Source: Phycisphaerales bacterium
GTDB taxonomy: Bacteria; Planctomycetota; Phycisphaerae; WQYP01
Direction of reading: 5' to 3'
Assembly (NCBI GenBank): GCA_027451365.1
Contig: DAIDJN010000084.1
Coordinates: 62,869-126,868, forward strand
DNA length: 64,000 nt
Numbering within the stretch: the stretch's first letter is position 1; the number at the start of each line of letters is the position of its first letter. Below, in pieces: positions 1-9,972 of the stretch. A model generated the notes under the pieces. The model made no database searches, was not told the origin of the DNA, and saw only the letters and a program-made list of their open reading frames with translations. Both the position numbers and the translations under genes were made by a program.

Positions 1-339
1 ACGCGGACGTTTACGCATGTCTCGAACGTGGTAGAGGCAATTTATCGACTGCTGTCAACTCCGGCGACCTGGGGTCAGGTTTATAACATTGGCGGCGTGG
101 AAGAGATTTCGATACTGTCGCTTGCGCAGCGGATCAAAAGCATAACAAAAAGCCAATCTGAAATATGCCTCATTCCGTACTCAGATGCTTTTAGCCCAAA
201 TTTCCAAGATATGCCACGTCGCGTTCCTGATGTGACCAAGCTGGAGAAAGCGATTGGTTACAAGCCGGAGATCGGGCTGGAAGCTATCATCGAAGATGTA
301 GTCGCCGACCGACGATCGCGGTGTTCGGCTGCGAAGTGA
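1..339 (+). CDS. NAD-dependent epimerase/dehydratase, C-terminal part (5'-truncated by window)
   Basis: Frame is open from base 1: TRTFTHVSNVVEA..GQVYNIGG.EEISI..LA..D.PRRVPD.TKL, a typical extended-SDR sugar epimerase C-terminus. Confidence 0.85.
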   Translation, partial: TRTFTHVSNVVEAIYRLLSTPATWGQVYNIGGVEEISILSLAQRIKSITKSQSEICLIPYSDAFSPNFQDMPRRVPDVTKLEKAIGYKPEIGLEAIIEDVVADRRSRCSAAK

Positions 340-407
340 TATGCTTCAAGCATTCGTGTTGGCTGGCTTTAAGGCCATCTTAAATGGCTGGTTTTAGCCC
401 CCTATTA

Positions 408-435
408 ACGTCCTATAATGAATGTTATGTTAAAT
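408..435. other. dif: dif site (XerC/XerD chromosome dimer resolution site)
   Basis: ACGTCCTATAA-TGAATG-TTATGTTAAAT has the 11+6+11 architecture; XerD arm is identical to E. coli dif (TTATGTTAAAT); intergenic. Confidence 0.9.
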
Positions 436-907
436 TGATCTATTTTATACCATATTGCGAATTAGCCCCTTTGCGGCCTCTTGTTTTTATATCTACAGAG
501 TCTACTTATCTGGCCACAGACTTGCCGACAATTCCGCTAACTGCGGGCTGATTCTCATCCCCGCAGGCAGACAGCCTGATTCGTCGACTTGGGTTATCTA
601 TTTTCGTGCGGACTGCTGATGGGAATCGGCAATCCAATCTATCATCGCGATGGTCGACGCGGAAGGCTTAAATTCAGAAGGTTTGCATTTGTTCGCGACT
701 GACCTTACCATTCAAACCACGCTTACCGCAAATAGGCGTTGCGTCGCGAGGTACCGGTATTCAATGTACCAGGCGTTGGTCGCGATGGAATAGCTCGAAA
801 TTTTCCGCTCATACACGCGGGTTTTTCCGTTCCATCAGAACCTGAAAGATAAGAGTTTTTTACTTTGCCGGCACCCGACGCGCCCGGCGGTTTTTTGGAG
901 ATTTCTC

Positions 908-2323
908 ATGGCGGAAAATGCATTGGCCCAGCAGGAAGACGTGATTATTGCCACCGAACTTGAATCGCTAAGTTCTGTAACCAAAAAAGTCCAAGTGACT
1001 GTTCCTGTTGAAACGATCAATCAGAAAACCCGTGAAACCATGACCCAGATCCGAAAAGACGTGGTCATTCCGGGCTTTCGCCGGGGCCGCGTACCCAACC
1101 GTGTTCTGGAGAAGAAACTCGGTGGCGGCCTGAATGACGAAGTTCGCAACCACCTTGTTGAAGCCGCACTGCGGCAAGCCATATCTAAGTATGAACTTAA
1201 GGTTGTAGGGCAGCCGAGGACGTCGCCCCCGATTCCGGAATTACCGGCCAATGGCCCCATGGAATTCAGTATTGAACTTGAAGTGGCACCTGAATTCCCT
1301 CTTCCGGATCTCGCCTCTTTTGAGATTTTTGAACCCCAGTTGACCGCCAATGATGAGCGCTTTAATGCCGCCCTGGGCCACTTGCAAAAAAGCCTTGGCA
1401 CTTGGGAAAATGTGTCCGGTGGCACCGCGGCCGCCGAGGACCGGTTGACCGTTGACGTTAATATTACGACTGAAGATGGCACTGTCATTGTGGATCAGAA
1501 AGACGCGACGATTCCAGTCGCCGCCGGTTCCATGGCGGGCGTTCAATTTGATGATCTGGGCGAAAAATTGACCGGTCTGAGCGTCGGTGATTCAACAACG
1601 CTCGAAAAAATTGTTCCAGATACCCACCGCCGGGAAGACCTTCGCGGTCGGAAGTTTATTGTGAAACTGAATTTAAAGGCGATTTCACGTTTGAACGTTC
1701 CGGAGTTGACGGATGAACTCGCAATAGCAAATGGTTTTGATAATTTGGCGGAACTGCGTGAATCCATGCGTTCCGCCTTGGAAAGCCGCATCCGGACTGA
1801 TACCCAACAGGCCAAGCGCAACCAGTTGGTTCGCAAGCTTGTAGATGCGATTCAGATTGACCTGCCGCCCCGGCTGACCCAACGCATGAATCTCGAAGTT
1901 TTCCGCCGTGAGGCTACCGACCTGATTAATCGCGGTGTGCCGGTGCCCAATATTGAAAAAGCAGTCTCCACTTTGCAGGATTTTTCTCACCAGGAAGCGG
2001 AGTTTGAACTGCGGCAGATGTTTATCCTTTCCAGGCTGGCGATTCAGTTTGACGAATCGGTTTCCGACCAAGAAGTTAATGCGGCCATCACACAGACCGC
2101 CCTACTCAATGGCGAACGACCTGAAGTCGTGCGCCGACAAATGGAAAAAATGGGCCAGCTCGAACAGGTGGCCCAACGGGTTCTGGAACACAAAGTTCTG
2201 GATCGGGCACTTCTTCAGTGCAAGGTTACTCCGGTTGATGAAGCCACATGGAAGCAGCATCTGACTTCCAACCAGAATGCCGGCCAGATTGCGGCAACCC
2301 CGGCGGCAGCGGATGCCACCTGA
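908..2323 (+). CDS. tig: trigger factor
   Basis: IPGFRRGRVP ribosome-binding signature, FKBP-like middle region, GGAG RBS. Confidence 0.95.
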   Translation: MAENALAQQEDVIIATELESLSSVTKKVQVTVPVETINQKTRETMTQIRKDVVIPGFRRGRVPNRVLEKKLGGGLNDEVRNHLVEAALRQAISKYELKVVGQPRTSPPIPELPANGPMEFSIELEVAPEFPLPDLASFEIFEPQLTANDERFNAALGHLQKSLGTWENVSGGTAAAEDRLTVDVNITTEDGTVIVDQKDATIPVAAGSMAGVQFDDLGEKLTGLSVGDSTTLEKIVPDTHRREDLRGRKFIVKLNLKAISRLNVPELTDELAIANGFDNLAELRESMRSALESRIRTDTQQAKRNQLVRKLVDAIQIDLPPRLTQRMNLEVFRREATDLINRGVPVPNIEKAVSTLQDFSHQEAEFELRQMFILSRLAIQFDESVSDQEVNAAITQTALLNGERPEVVRRQMEKMGQLEQVAQRVLEHKVLDRALLQCKVTPVDEATWKQHLTSNQNAGQIAATPAAADAT

Positions 2324-2377
2324 AACGGCGCATCGGCGTAAATCACGGGATGATGGCCTGGCGCAAAGAGATGCGGC

Positions 2378-3883
2378 ATGATGGAAACAGCGAAGATGAG
2401 CGGTGTGCCAACTGAAGCCCCCCGCCAGAGCAGCCCGGATCAGCGGCATCGGGAAATGCTTCGCGATTTTGGCGCATCGCACTATCTGGAACTTCGTGCC
2501 AGTTACGAACGAAATGCCTATTTCCACCGCTATTTGAACCGCATCATTTCGCGCCAGATTCCCCCCGGTGCCAGCGTGCTGGATGTCGGCTGTGGCAATG
2601 GCAATCTGCTGGCGCAATTGCGGCCGCAAGTCGGTATCGGAATTGATCTGAATCCTGAAGCCATCGCTGACGCCCGCCAGCGCCATCCCGAATTTACCTT
2701 TCATACGTGCGCGGTGGAGGATATTTCAACGATTTCCCTCCCGAAGGTGGACTACGTTATTGTCTCCGGCGTGTTGCAGCAGCTTTATGATCTGCACACA
2801 GCTTTGGCAGCGATTGCCACGGTGTGCCATGCGGACACACGCCTGATTTTCTGCACCTACAGCCGCCTCTGGCAACCCTTTATCCGGCTGGCGGAAATGA
2901 TAGGCCGCAAAATGTCGCTGCCGGCGGAAAGCTGGATTCCGCCAGACGAAATCGTCAGTCTTCTCACACAGGGAAATTATACAGTAGTGCGTCAGCGGCC
3001 CGGTGTAATTATGCCACTAGGTGTTCCGGTACTGGCCGATGTCATCAATCGCTGGATAGCCCCCCTTCCAGGCTTTCGTCACTTGCCGCTGTGCACTCTT
3101 ACGGTGGCCCGGCCCCTGCGGCTGCCGGAAATGTCAAACTATACCTCTGCCCCCCCCACCGATTCTTCCGTCAGCGTGGTCATTCCCGTCCGCAATGAAG
3201 CCGGAAACATTCAACCGCTGCTCGACCGTCTGCCGCATATGGCCAGTCGACAAGAAGTGATATTTGTGGAAGGCAACAGCACCGACAACACGTGGGAGGC
3301 GGTTCTTGCGGCCGTGGCCAGCTACCAGGGACCGATGAAGTTAACCGCCATGAAACAGGATGGAAAAGGCAAAGGCGATGCGGTGCGAAAAGGATTTGCC
3401 GCCGCCACTGGGGAAATCCTTCTGATTCTGGATGGCGATATATCCGTTCCGCCAGAGGAATTGCCGCGGTTTGTAAATCTGATTCGCGATGGCAGGTGTG
3501 AATTCGCCAATGGATCCCGGCTGGTTTATCCCATGGAAAAGCAGGCTATGCAGTTTTTGAATATGATCGCCAATAAATGTTTTGGCTATTTGTTTACCTA
3601 TCTGCTCGGCCAGCGCGTCCGCGACACGCTGTGCGGAACCAAAGTACTTTCCCGCAACAATTACCTGCGCATTGCCGCGAATCGGGCATATTTCGGCGAT
3701 TTTGACCCTTTTGGCGATTTCGATCTTCTCTTTGGCGCAGCGCATCTGAACCTGCAGATTTCTGATGTCCCGGTTCATTACAAACAGCGTGTTTATGGTG
3801 AAACAAACATATCAAGATTCCGCCATGGCGTCATGCTGCTGCAAATGTGCCTGTTTGCTGCCCGGAAAATTACCTTTGTATAG
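2378..3883 (+). CDS. class I SAM methyltransferase / GT2 glycosyltransferase fusion
   Basis: VLDVGCGNG in N-half; SVVIPVRNEAGNI, ILDGD, RDTLCGTK, DPFGDFDLLFGA in C-half. Confidence 0.9.
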   Translation: MMETAKMSGVPTEAPRQSSPDQRHREMLRDFGASHYLELRASYERNAYFHRYLNRIISRQIPPGASVLDVGCGNGNLLAQLRPQVGIGIDLNPEAIADARQRHPEFTFHTCAVEDISTISLPKVDYVIVSGVLQQLYDLHTALAAIATVCHADTRLIFCTYSRLWQPFIRLAEMIGRKMSLPAESWIPPDEIVSLLTQGNYTVVRQRPGVIMPLGVPVLADVINRWIAPLPGFRHLPLCTLTVARPLRLPEMSNYTSAPPTDSSVSVVIPVRNEAGNIQPLLDRLPHMASRQEVIFVEGNSTDNTWEAVLAAVASYQGPMKLTAMKQDGKGKGDAVRKGFAAATGEILLILDGDISVPPEELPRFVNLIRDGRCEFANGSRLVYPMEKQAMQFLNMIANKCFGYLFTYLLGQRVRDTLCGTKVLSRNNYLRIAANRAYFGDFDPFGDFDLLFGAAHLNLQISDVPVHYKQRVYGETNISRFRHGVMLLQMCLFAARKITFV

Positions 3884-4234
3884 CCAGCACATCGCCAATC
3901 AATTAGACCGCGACATGTCCAATAGATATCGCGGCTGCCCCAATTAGCAAGGCGAAATATCCTCCAAATATCCATAACCGGCAGGTGAATCTTGTGATAA
4001 TTCCTGGGGCCAAAGTTGTCTGAGAATGGGCCATGCTTCCAGGCGCGATCCCGATGGCCTGAATCATTTAACCCAATGAACCGTGCTGCGGCGACAATGG
4101 GGACATGGGCCAGCGGCATTTCGTGTCACCCCCCCCATCTGCCGGTCGGCCGCGGGCCCGGGAATGGAATTGGCGTAAAACGCGATGGGGCCATATACTG
4201 CTTCCCTTTGATTTGGCGGCCCGGAGCGGTGTAA

Positions 4235-4972
4235 ATGAAAAACGAAGAACGTCACGAACTTCAACAGAACGATCTGGTTGGCAGCATGGCTGGCCTGTAT
4301 GTTTTCCTGCGAAAATACGGAGTATATATCCTGCTGGCGGTGGCGCTGGGCGTACTGGCCTGGGAGCTTTTAAATATGCATCGGGCGGCACAAAAGGCCC
4401 GGCTGCAGGCCGCCTGGATGGCATTACAAAATGCAGTATCCCCCCACCAGGTGCAGACGCAGGTGCTGGATAAGTACAAAATAGCCGCCGTGGATGCGCG
4501 GGCCTATGTCAAAATTGGCAGCATTTACCTCCAGACGGTGAACAAAGCAGACCTGAATATAATTAAAGGATTTCACCCGACCAAAGCAGAAGCGATAGCG
4601 GGTGCGAAGCTGGCATTTCGCAAGGTTATTCACACATGGCCGAAAGAAGAATTGGCGGTGGCGCGCAGCCAACTGGGACTGGCCCTGGCGTATGAGGATG
4701 CCGGGCAATGGGCCAAGGCGGCCGCGATTTACAAGATTTTTACCCGAAAAGATGCCACTGCCATGCAGAAATCATTTGCCACGCTGGCCTCATACCGCTT
4801 GGCCCATTTGAAAGCCTGGCAGTCGCCGGTGCTGGTTGGTCCTGCGATTGATTTATCTATTCCGAAAACGGTGCCGGCCAAAACTTCCGCTACCAAACCA
4901 ACCAAATTGCCGCCTGGTCAGCCAGTGACCGGAACCAAGCCAGCCACCACGACTCCGGCTGCCAGCAAATGA
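4235..4972 (+). CDS. membrane-anchored TPR (YfgM-like) protein
   Basis: MKNEERHELQQNDL N-terminus, one TM segment, TPR-like A.SQLGLALAYEDAGQWAKAAAIY, P/T-rich tail. Confidence 0.65.
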   Translation: MKNEERHELQQNDLVGSMAGLYVFLRKYGVYILLAVALGVLAWELLNMHRAAQKARLQAAWMALQNAVSPHQVQTQVLDKYKIAAVDARAYVKIGSIYLQTVNKADLNIIKGFHPTKAEAIAGAKLAFRKVIHTWPKEELAVARSQLGLALAYEDAGQWAKAAAIYKIFTRKDATAMQKSFATLASYRLAHLKAWQSPVLVGPAIDLSIPKTVPAKTSATKPTKLPPGQPVTGTKPATTTPAASK

Positions 4973-5036
4973 CAAGCAGCGCGGCTAAGTACAAGGGCGA
5001 CAGAGTGTCAGCCTATACCCCGGAGATACAGAAAGC

Positions 5037-5681
5037 ATGACCACCAACCCGATAAGCGATCTGGCCAGGCTTTCGATAACGGACTTTCTTGCCGCGCTGG
5101 CGGCCAAAACTTCTACTCCGGGAGGCGGATCGGTTGCAGCTCTGACCGGCAGTCTGGCCAGCGCACAACTTCGCATGACCTTGTCTTATACCCTGGGCAA
5201 GAAAAAATTCGCAGACGTGGAAGCCCAACTGCAGGTGGCGGCACACAATGTGGATGGGCTGACTGCGGAATTTCTGTCCCTTATGGAACTGGACCGTGCG
5301 GCGTATGAATCGCTATGCCGGTTTCTTAAGATGGCACCCGAACAGCAAGCCGCGGATAAGGATTTTGTTCCCGCGGCTCTGGCTGCGGTAGAAGTTCCGA
5401 TCAAATGTGCTAAAGCGGCCCTGCGGCTTATTGTTCAGGCTGCGGCAATTGTGGAAAAAATAAATCCGTCGCTAATTTCCGACTTGGGCGTGTCGGTGGA
5501 ATTAGCCCGCGGCGTGACGGCCTGTTGTGAATTAAACGTGCATATTAATTTGCCGGTATTGCCAGATAAAAAAGCCGCAGCGGACCTGGCCCAGGAGATC
5601 TACGCCATTCGGCGGCAGGCGACGGAACTTTCGGATCAGATAGGCCGGCAGCTTCGGACCATTATGCCGCAAGTGTCCTGA
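5037..5681 (+). CDS. formiminotransferase-cyclodeaminase C-terminal family (cyclodeaminase/cyclohydrolase)
   Basis: FLAALAAKTSTPGGGSVAAL, N.SLISD.GV, LNVHINL. Confidence 0.9.
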   Translation: MTTNPISDLARLSITDFLAALAAKTSTPGGGSVAALTGSLASAQLRMTLSYTLGKKKFADVEAQLQVAAHNVDGLTAEFLSLMELDRAAYESLCRFLKMAPEQQAADKDFVPAALAAVEVPIKCAKAALRLIVQAAAIVEKINPSLISDLGVSVELARGVTACCELNVHINLPVLPDKKAAADLAQEIYAIRRQATELSDQIGRQLRTIMPQVS

Positions 5682-5902
5682 AAGCGGCATATGGATTGCA
5701 CGGCTGACCCGTGATTAGTTGTAATCGCTAGAATTTCTGATGGACTGGCGCGGATGGGGACGCCGCAACCCTAAGATGGTTTTGGCAAACTGATTGCGAC
5801 ACGGAACAGCGGACCGTATTGTGAATGGCGGACTGCCGGGCGGATGTGCGCGACTCTTAGGACCATCGCCGAGATGCTCCGAGGCCCAACTCGAAGATTG
5901 GA

Positions 5903-6541
5903 ATGCTGATGAACCGTTCAGAGCCATCATCACAAAAGCCGGAACAGGCGGCCGCAAGTGTTGCGATTTTTGAACCGGCAGGCCGCGTACAACATAGCCC
6001 GGCGCTTCGGTGGGATGTGCATTTTATGAATCTGGCACTAGACCTGGCCCGGCAGGCGGCACAACAGGGTGACATTCCGGTTGGTGCAATTGTGGTTCGC
6101 CAGCGCACGGCGATAGCCGGGCGGCAAACCGGCGAGGACACGGATTTACCGGAAATTGTCGGCCTGGGGGAAAATCGGCGCCATCGGAATTTTGACCCGA
6201 CTGCCCACGCGGAAATTTTAGCGTTGCGCGCCGCGGGTGAAAAATGCGGGCAATGGCAATTAACCGACTGTGATCTATATGTGACTCTTGAACCGTGCCC
6301 CATGTGTGCCGGCGCACTGGTAAATGCCCGCATTCGCCGGGTAATTTTTGGCTGTTCTGATCCCAAGGCCGGCGCGGTGGAAACGCTTTTTCGACTGACT
6401 CAGGACGCACGATTAAATCATCGGGTGGTGACGACCGGCGGAATTTGTTCGGTGGAAGCGGCCGGTCTGCTGAAGCAGTTCTTTGCGGACAAACGCAAAA
6501 ACAGGATTCCCGAACCTGGTGCCGATAACGGGTCCGCCTAG
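5903..6541 (+). CDS. tadA: tRNA adenosine(34) deaminase
   Basis: IPVGAIVV, DPTAHAEILALR, LYVTLEPCPMCAGA; start uncertain. Confidence 0.92.
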   Translation: MLMNRSEPSSQKPEQAAASVAIFEPAGRVQHSPALRWDVHFMNLALDLARQAAQQGDIPVGAIVVRQRTAIAGRQTGEDTDLPEIVGLGENRRHRNFDPTAHAEILALRAAGEKCGQWQLTDCDLYVTLEPCPMCAGALVNARIRRVIFGCSDPKAGAVETLFRLTQDARLNHRVVTTGGICSVEAAGLLKQFFADKRKNRIPEPGADNGSA

Positions 6542-7557
6542 CCCGCAGCGGAGTGGGGAGACATCTGCAGAACGACAGCATCCACCAGTCGCTTGACGGC
6601 AACGTCCACGGGGCCATCCAACTGGCAACCTGCGGCGCGGGCGTGGCCGCCGCCACCGAAAGCAGTACCGATTTTATTTACATCCGCCTTTCCTTTGCTG
6701 CGAAGGCTGGCGCGGAATTTTCCGCCAACGGCCTGCGCCATACATATGGATACTTCCACGTCAGCCACCATCATCGCCATATCTACCAAGCCTTCGGTCT
6801 GCCAAGGCTGGGCGTTGCAGGCAATCAGGTCGCTTTGAAGAATATGGGTGATGGCAATTTTCTGGCTGGCAAACCATTGCATATGTTCCAGGGCCAGCCG
6901 CATCAGATCCAGCTTAGCGCGGCTTTCCTGCTGTGCGGTAAGCGAATATACCTGATTGGAAGAGGCTCCGGCGGCAATTAAATTTGCCGCCAGCCGATGG
7001 GTTGCCGGACGAACAGAATCAAATCGGAACCAGCCGGTATCCGCCACAAGGCCCGCCAGCAACGCGGTGGCGGTAAGGGTGTCAATCATTCTGTGCATCC
7101 GGTCAAAAATATCCGCGACCAGTTCGACACATGCTGGAGCGCCGGTATCGCGTACCAGAATACCGCACGGCATGTCACCACTTATATGGTGATCCAGAAT
7201 AACGATTTTTTCCGCCAGCGGCCGCAGGAGAGCCGCCGCCGGCTCAAGTTGCTGCGGAGCGCTGGTGTCCACAACCATAATCAGATCAAAGTCTGTCAGA
7301 TGAGCCTGTCCCCAGTCAGCGGTGTAGTCCACAAGTGCAAAGCCGCCGCGCTCCAGCAGAAACCGCAGAGGCGCTGGCGGGGTGGAAAGGCTTACCAGTG
7401 TGGCGCTTTTGCCAAGGCCAACCAGCAGACGGCACATGGCAACCTGAGATCCAAGGGCGTCGGCGTCGGGCCGGGTGTGGGTAAACACCGCCACATTGCC
7501 GCTATTGTCAAGCCGGGAAATAAGGTCGTTCATATTGACTGATATATCTTCAGACAT
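6538..7557 (-). CDS. nrnA: DHH-family bifunctional oligoribonuclease/PAP phosphatase
   Basis: H.RPDADALGS, LDHH, DTGWF, SLRS, GGGGHARAAG. Confidence 0.9.
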   Translation of the reverse strand: MSEDISVNMNDLISRLDNSGNVAVFTHTRPDADALGSQVAMCRLLVGLGKSATLVSLSTPPAPLRFLLERGGFALVDYTADWGQAHLTDFDLIMVVDTSAPQQLEPAAALLRPLAEKIVILDHHISGDMPCGILVRDTGAPACVELVADIFDRMHRMIDTLTATALLAGLVADTGWFRFDSVRPATHRLAANLIAAGASSNQVYSLTAQQESRAKLDLMRLALEHMQWFASQKIAITHILQSDLIACNAQPWQTEGLVDMAMMVADVEVSICMAQAVGGKFRASLRSKGKADVNKIGTAFGGGGHARAAGCQLDGPVDVAVKRLVDAVVLQMSPHSAAG

Positions 7558-7566
7558 CGTTTTTCC

Positions 7567-8574
7567 TTAAACACGTTCCGCGTCGCCAACGGCGTGGTGC
7601 GGCGATCGGCCTGATGTCGGCATCATGGCGTCTGGACCGCCGAATGCCGGCGTTTCTAAAATGGCTTTTACATCGCGGGCAATCTGCTGGCGCAGATTTT
7701 CGGGACCGGCGAAGGTCTGCTGATCGCGAACGAAAATTTCAAAACCAAGGTCAATGGTCTGTTCGTAAATATCCTGATCAAAATCCAGAAGAAAGGCCTC
7801 TATTCGTCGATCCGTGCCATGAAAGGTGGGGTTGGTCCCAATACTGATCGCGGCACGATATGTTGCTTCGCCAAGCCGTGCCCAGCCACCGTAAACCCCG
7901 TCGGCGGGCACAAGCTGATCGACCCGCAGATTGACGGTCGGGTATCCGAGCAGCCGACCCCGGCTGTCGCCATGTTCGACCGCGCCCCGAAGTGTATAAG
8001 GCCGCCCCAGCAATGTGCGGGCATCGCGCATGCGGCCATGCGCCACCAGCCAGCGCACGAGCGAGCTGCTGGCGTTGACGAGTGTTTGGTCGGCCAGTGT
8101 GGCCTGTGCGGTGGGAACGACAATGGTTTTCCAGCCGAAGCGAGATTCGTTTTCCAGGAGGGTTTGCACTGTGCCCCGGGCACCTTTTCCGAATGTAAAA
8201 TTTTCCCCTTCCACCAGCCATTTGGCTCCAAGCGATTCATGAAGCGTGCGGGCCATAAAGGCCTCCGCGCCAATATCCAGAAATTCGGAGCTGGTTTGAA
8301 TCAGGATCAGGGCGTCTGGACCAAATCCCCGAAGAGCCGCCAACCTTTGGTCCAGTGTCATTAGAGCGGGACGGTGCAAACCGGGCTTAAGCAGTGTTAT
8401 TGGATGAGGATCAAACGTCATGATGACAAAGGGCCGTTCGTTGCGGATCGCAGTCTGTCGGCCAGTAGCGAGCATACGGCCGTGACCAATATGCACGCCA
8501 TCAAAATTTCCCACGCACAGCGCACAGCCGCGAAGGGCAAGTGGAAAATCGACTGGATTGTGAATCACATCCAT
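7567..8574 (-). CDS. ribF: bifunctional riboflavin kinase/FAD synthetase
   Basis: GNFDGVHIGH, TFDPHP, G.RGRLLGYPTVN, IGTNPTF, IEAFLLDF; ATG at 8574 chosen. Confidence 0.95.
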   Translation of the reverse strand: MDVIHNPVDFPLALRGCALCVGNFDGVHIGHGRMLATGRQTAIRNERPFVIMTFDPHPITLLKPGLHRPALMTLDQRLAALRGFGPDALILIQTSSEFLDIGAEAFMARTLHESLGAKWLVEGENFTFGKGARGTVQTLLENESRFGWKTIVVPTAQATLADQTLVNASSSLVRWLVAHGRMRDARTLLGRPYTLRGAVEHGDSRGRLLGYPTVNLRVDQLVPADGVYGGWARLGEATYRAAISIGTNPTFHGTDRRIEAFLLDFDQDIYEQTIDLGFEIFVRDQQTFAGPENLRQQIARDVKAILETPAFGGPDAMMPTSGRSPHHAVGDAERV

Positions 8575-8580
8575 GGTGGC

Positions 8581-8610
8581 AGTATAGGGGGATGGGCGAA
8601 CAAATATCAA
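8581..8610 (-). promoter_or_regulatory. putative sigma70 promoter giving a leaderless ribF mRNA
   Basis: TTGATA-N18-TATACT with the ATG 6 nt after the -10 box and no SD. Confidence 0.5.
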
Positions 8611-8917
8611 ACAATCAGAAACGGGTTATGAGTCGTCGCGATATACGAAATTCAGCAGGCATCTAAGTTTCGCCTCCGCTATCAAACGACCAAGCTAAAA
8701 GGAACACCGGAGATTGGCCGGCCAGATGGCCGCCGGCCGGGGTCGATCGGGACTATGCAGGCAAACGCCAGAAATCTGGCCGGTGGAATGCAAGCAAAAG
8801 GCGGGATTTGAAATCCACGTCGGACTCGGTTAATCGGTTGCCGCAACCAGGCGACGATAATAGAATTGCGACATTGATTTGCGCCAGGGAAGGTTGAGTT
8901 ATGGAAGGAATCAGTCT

Positions 8918-9871
8918 GTGACGCTTGAACACCGCGAACACTTTGCCGACCGGCTGTTGAAGGCCGTGGATGAAAAAAAGACCCCGCTGATAGTCGGCTT
9001 GGACCCGGTTTATGAAAACCTGCCCCCCGCACTATTGGACGGCCGGCCCGCAGCCGGGCCGCCGTCGCTAGCGGTCCAGATTCAAGCGATTGCCGAATTT
9101 TGTAATCATATTCTAACGATTGCTGCGGCGCATGTGCCTGCCGTTAAGATAAATATCGCGTATTTTGAAGCATACGGCCCAGCAGGAGTCGCGTTGTACG
9201 GGGATATTGTGGCGCGAGCCCAACAGGCGGGGCTGCTTGTGATTGGCGATGTTAAACGTGCGGATATCGGCCATACCGCCGCCCAGTACGCTCGCGGGAA
9301 TCTGGCGGATACGGTCTATTCGGATATCGGAATATTGCGGAATCCGGATTCGATTACGATCAATCCATATTTTGGGTTCGATGGGATTGCCCCATTCCTG
9401 GATATTTGCACGGAACAAAATAAGGGCTTGTTTATCCTGCTGCGCACCAGCAACCAGAGCGCCGGACAGATTCAGGAAATACCGGCGGCGGATGGCCAAC
9501 CAATGTTTATGCACATTGCGAATCGGATTAACGAATGGGGTGCCAAACTTGTGGGAAATTCCGGATTCAGCAGTGTGGGTGCGGTGGTGGGTGCAACCAG
9601 TGGAAAGGCCATTGGACAGATTCGCCGCGCGATGCCGCACACTCTGTTTTTAATTCCGGGGTTGGGCGCGCAGGGCGGAAGCCTTACAGATTGCCTGCCC
9701 GCATTTGACCCACACGGACATGGCGCGGTGATATCCGCAAGCCGCTCCATTATTTTCGCGCATCGGGAAAAGCAGTTTAACGAGCTTCCGCCGGACCAGT
9801 GGCCGCAGGCGGTGGAACGATCGCTGCTGGCGACCAAAAAGGAGATTTCATCGGTCATCCGCATCCGATGA
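8918..9871 (+). CDS. pyrF: orotidine-5'-phosphate decarboxylase
   Basis: VGLDP, VKINIAYFE, D.KRADIG.T, RTSN, GAVVGAT, LIPGLGAQGG, SRSII; GTG start after AAGGA. Confidence 0.95.
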   Translation: MTLEHREHFADRLLKAVDEKKTPLIVGLDPVYENLPPALLDGRPAAGPPSLAVQIQAIAEFCNHILTIAAAHVPAVKINIAYFEAYGPAGVALYGDIVARAQQAGLLVIGDVKRADIGHTAAQYARGNLADTVYSDIGILRNPDSITINPYFGFDGIAPFLDICTEQNKGLFILLRTSNQSAGQIQEIPAADGQPMFMHIANRINEWGAKLVGNSGFSSVGAVVGATSGKAIGQIRRAMPHTLFLIPGLGAQGGSLTDCLPAFDPHGHGAVISASRSIIFAHREKQFNELPPDQWPQAVERSLLATKKEISSVIRIR

Positions 9872-9972
9872 AAATGCAATGGGCGTAACTGCGGGTCGCC
9901 CGGTCCAAAATACGGCAGATGCTTAAACAGTTGAACCAAATACTCGTGGGGTATCGGCAAAGGCAATCGGTC

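Noticed and set aside
500..900. tRNA upstream of tig (hairpin plus T run at 865-896)
   Set aside because: No T-loop GTTCRA or cloverleaf found; only a weak terminator-like hairpin
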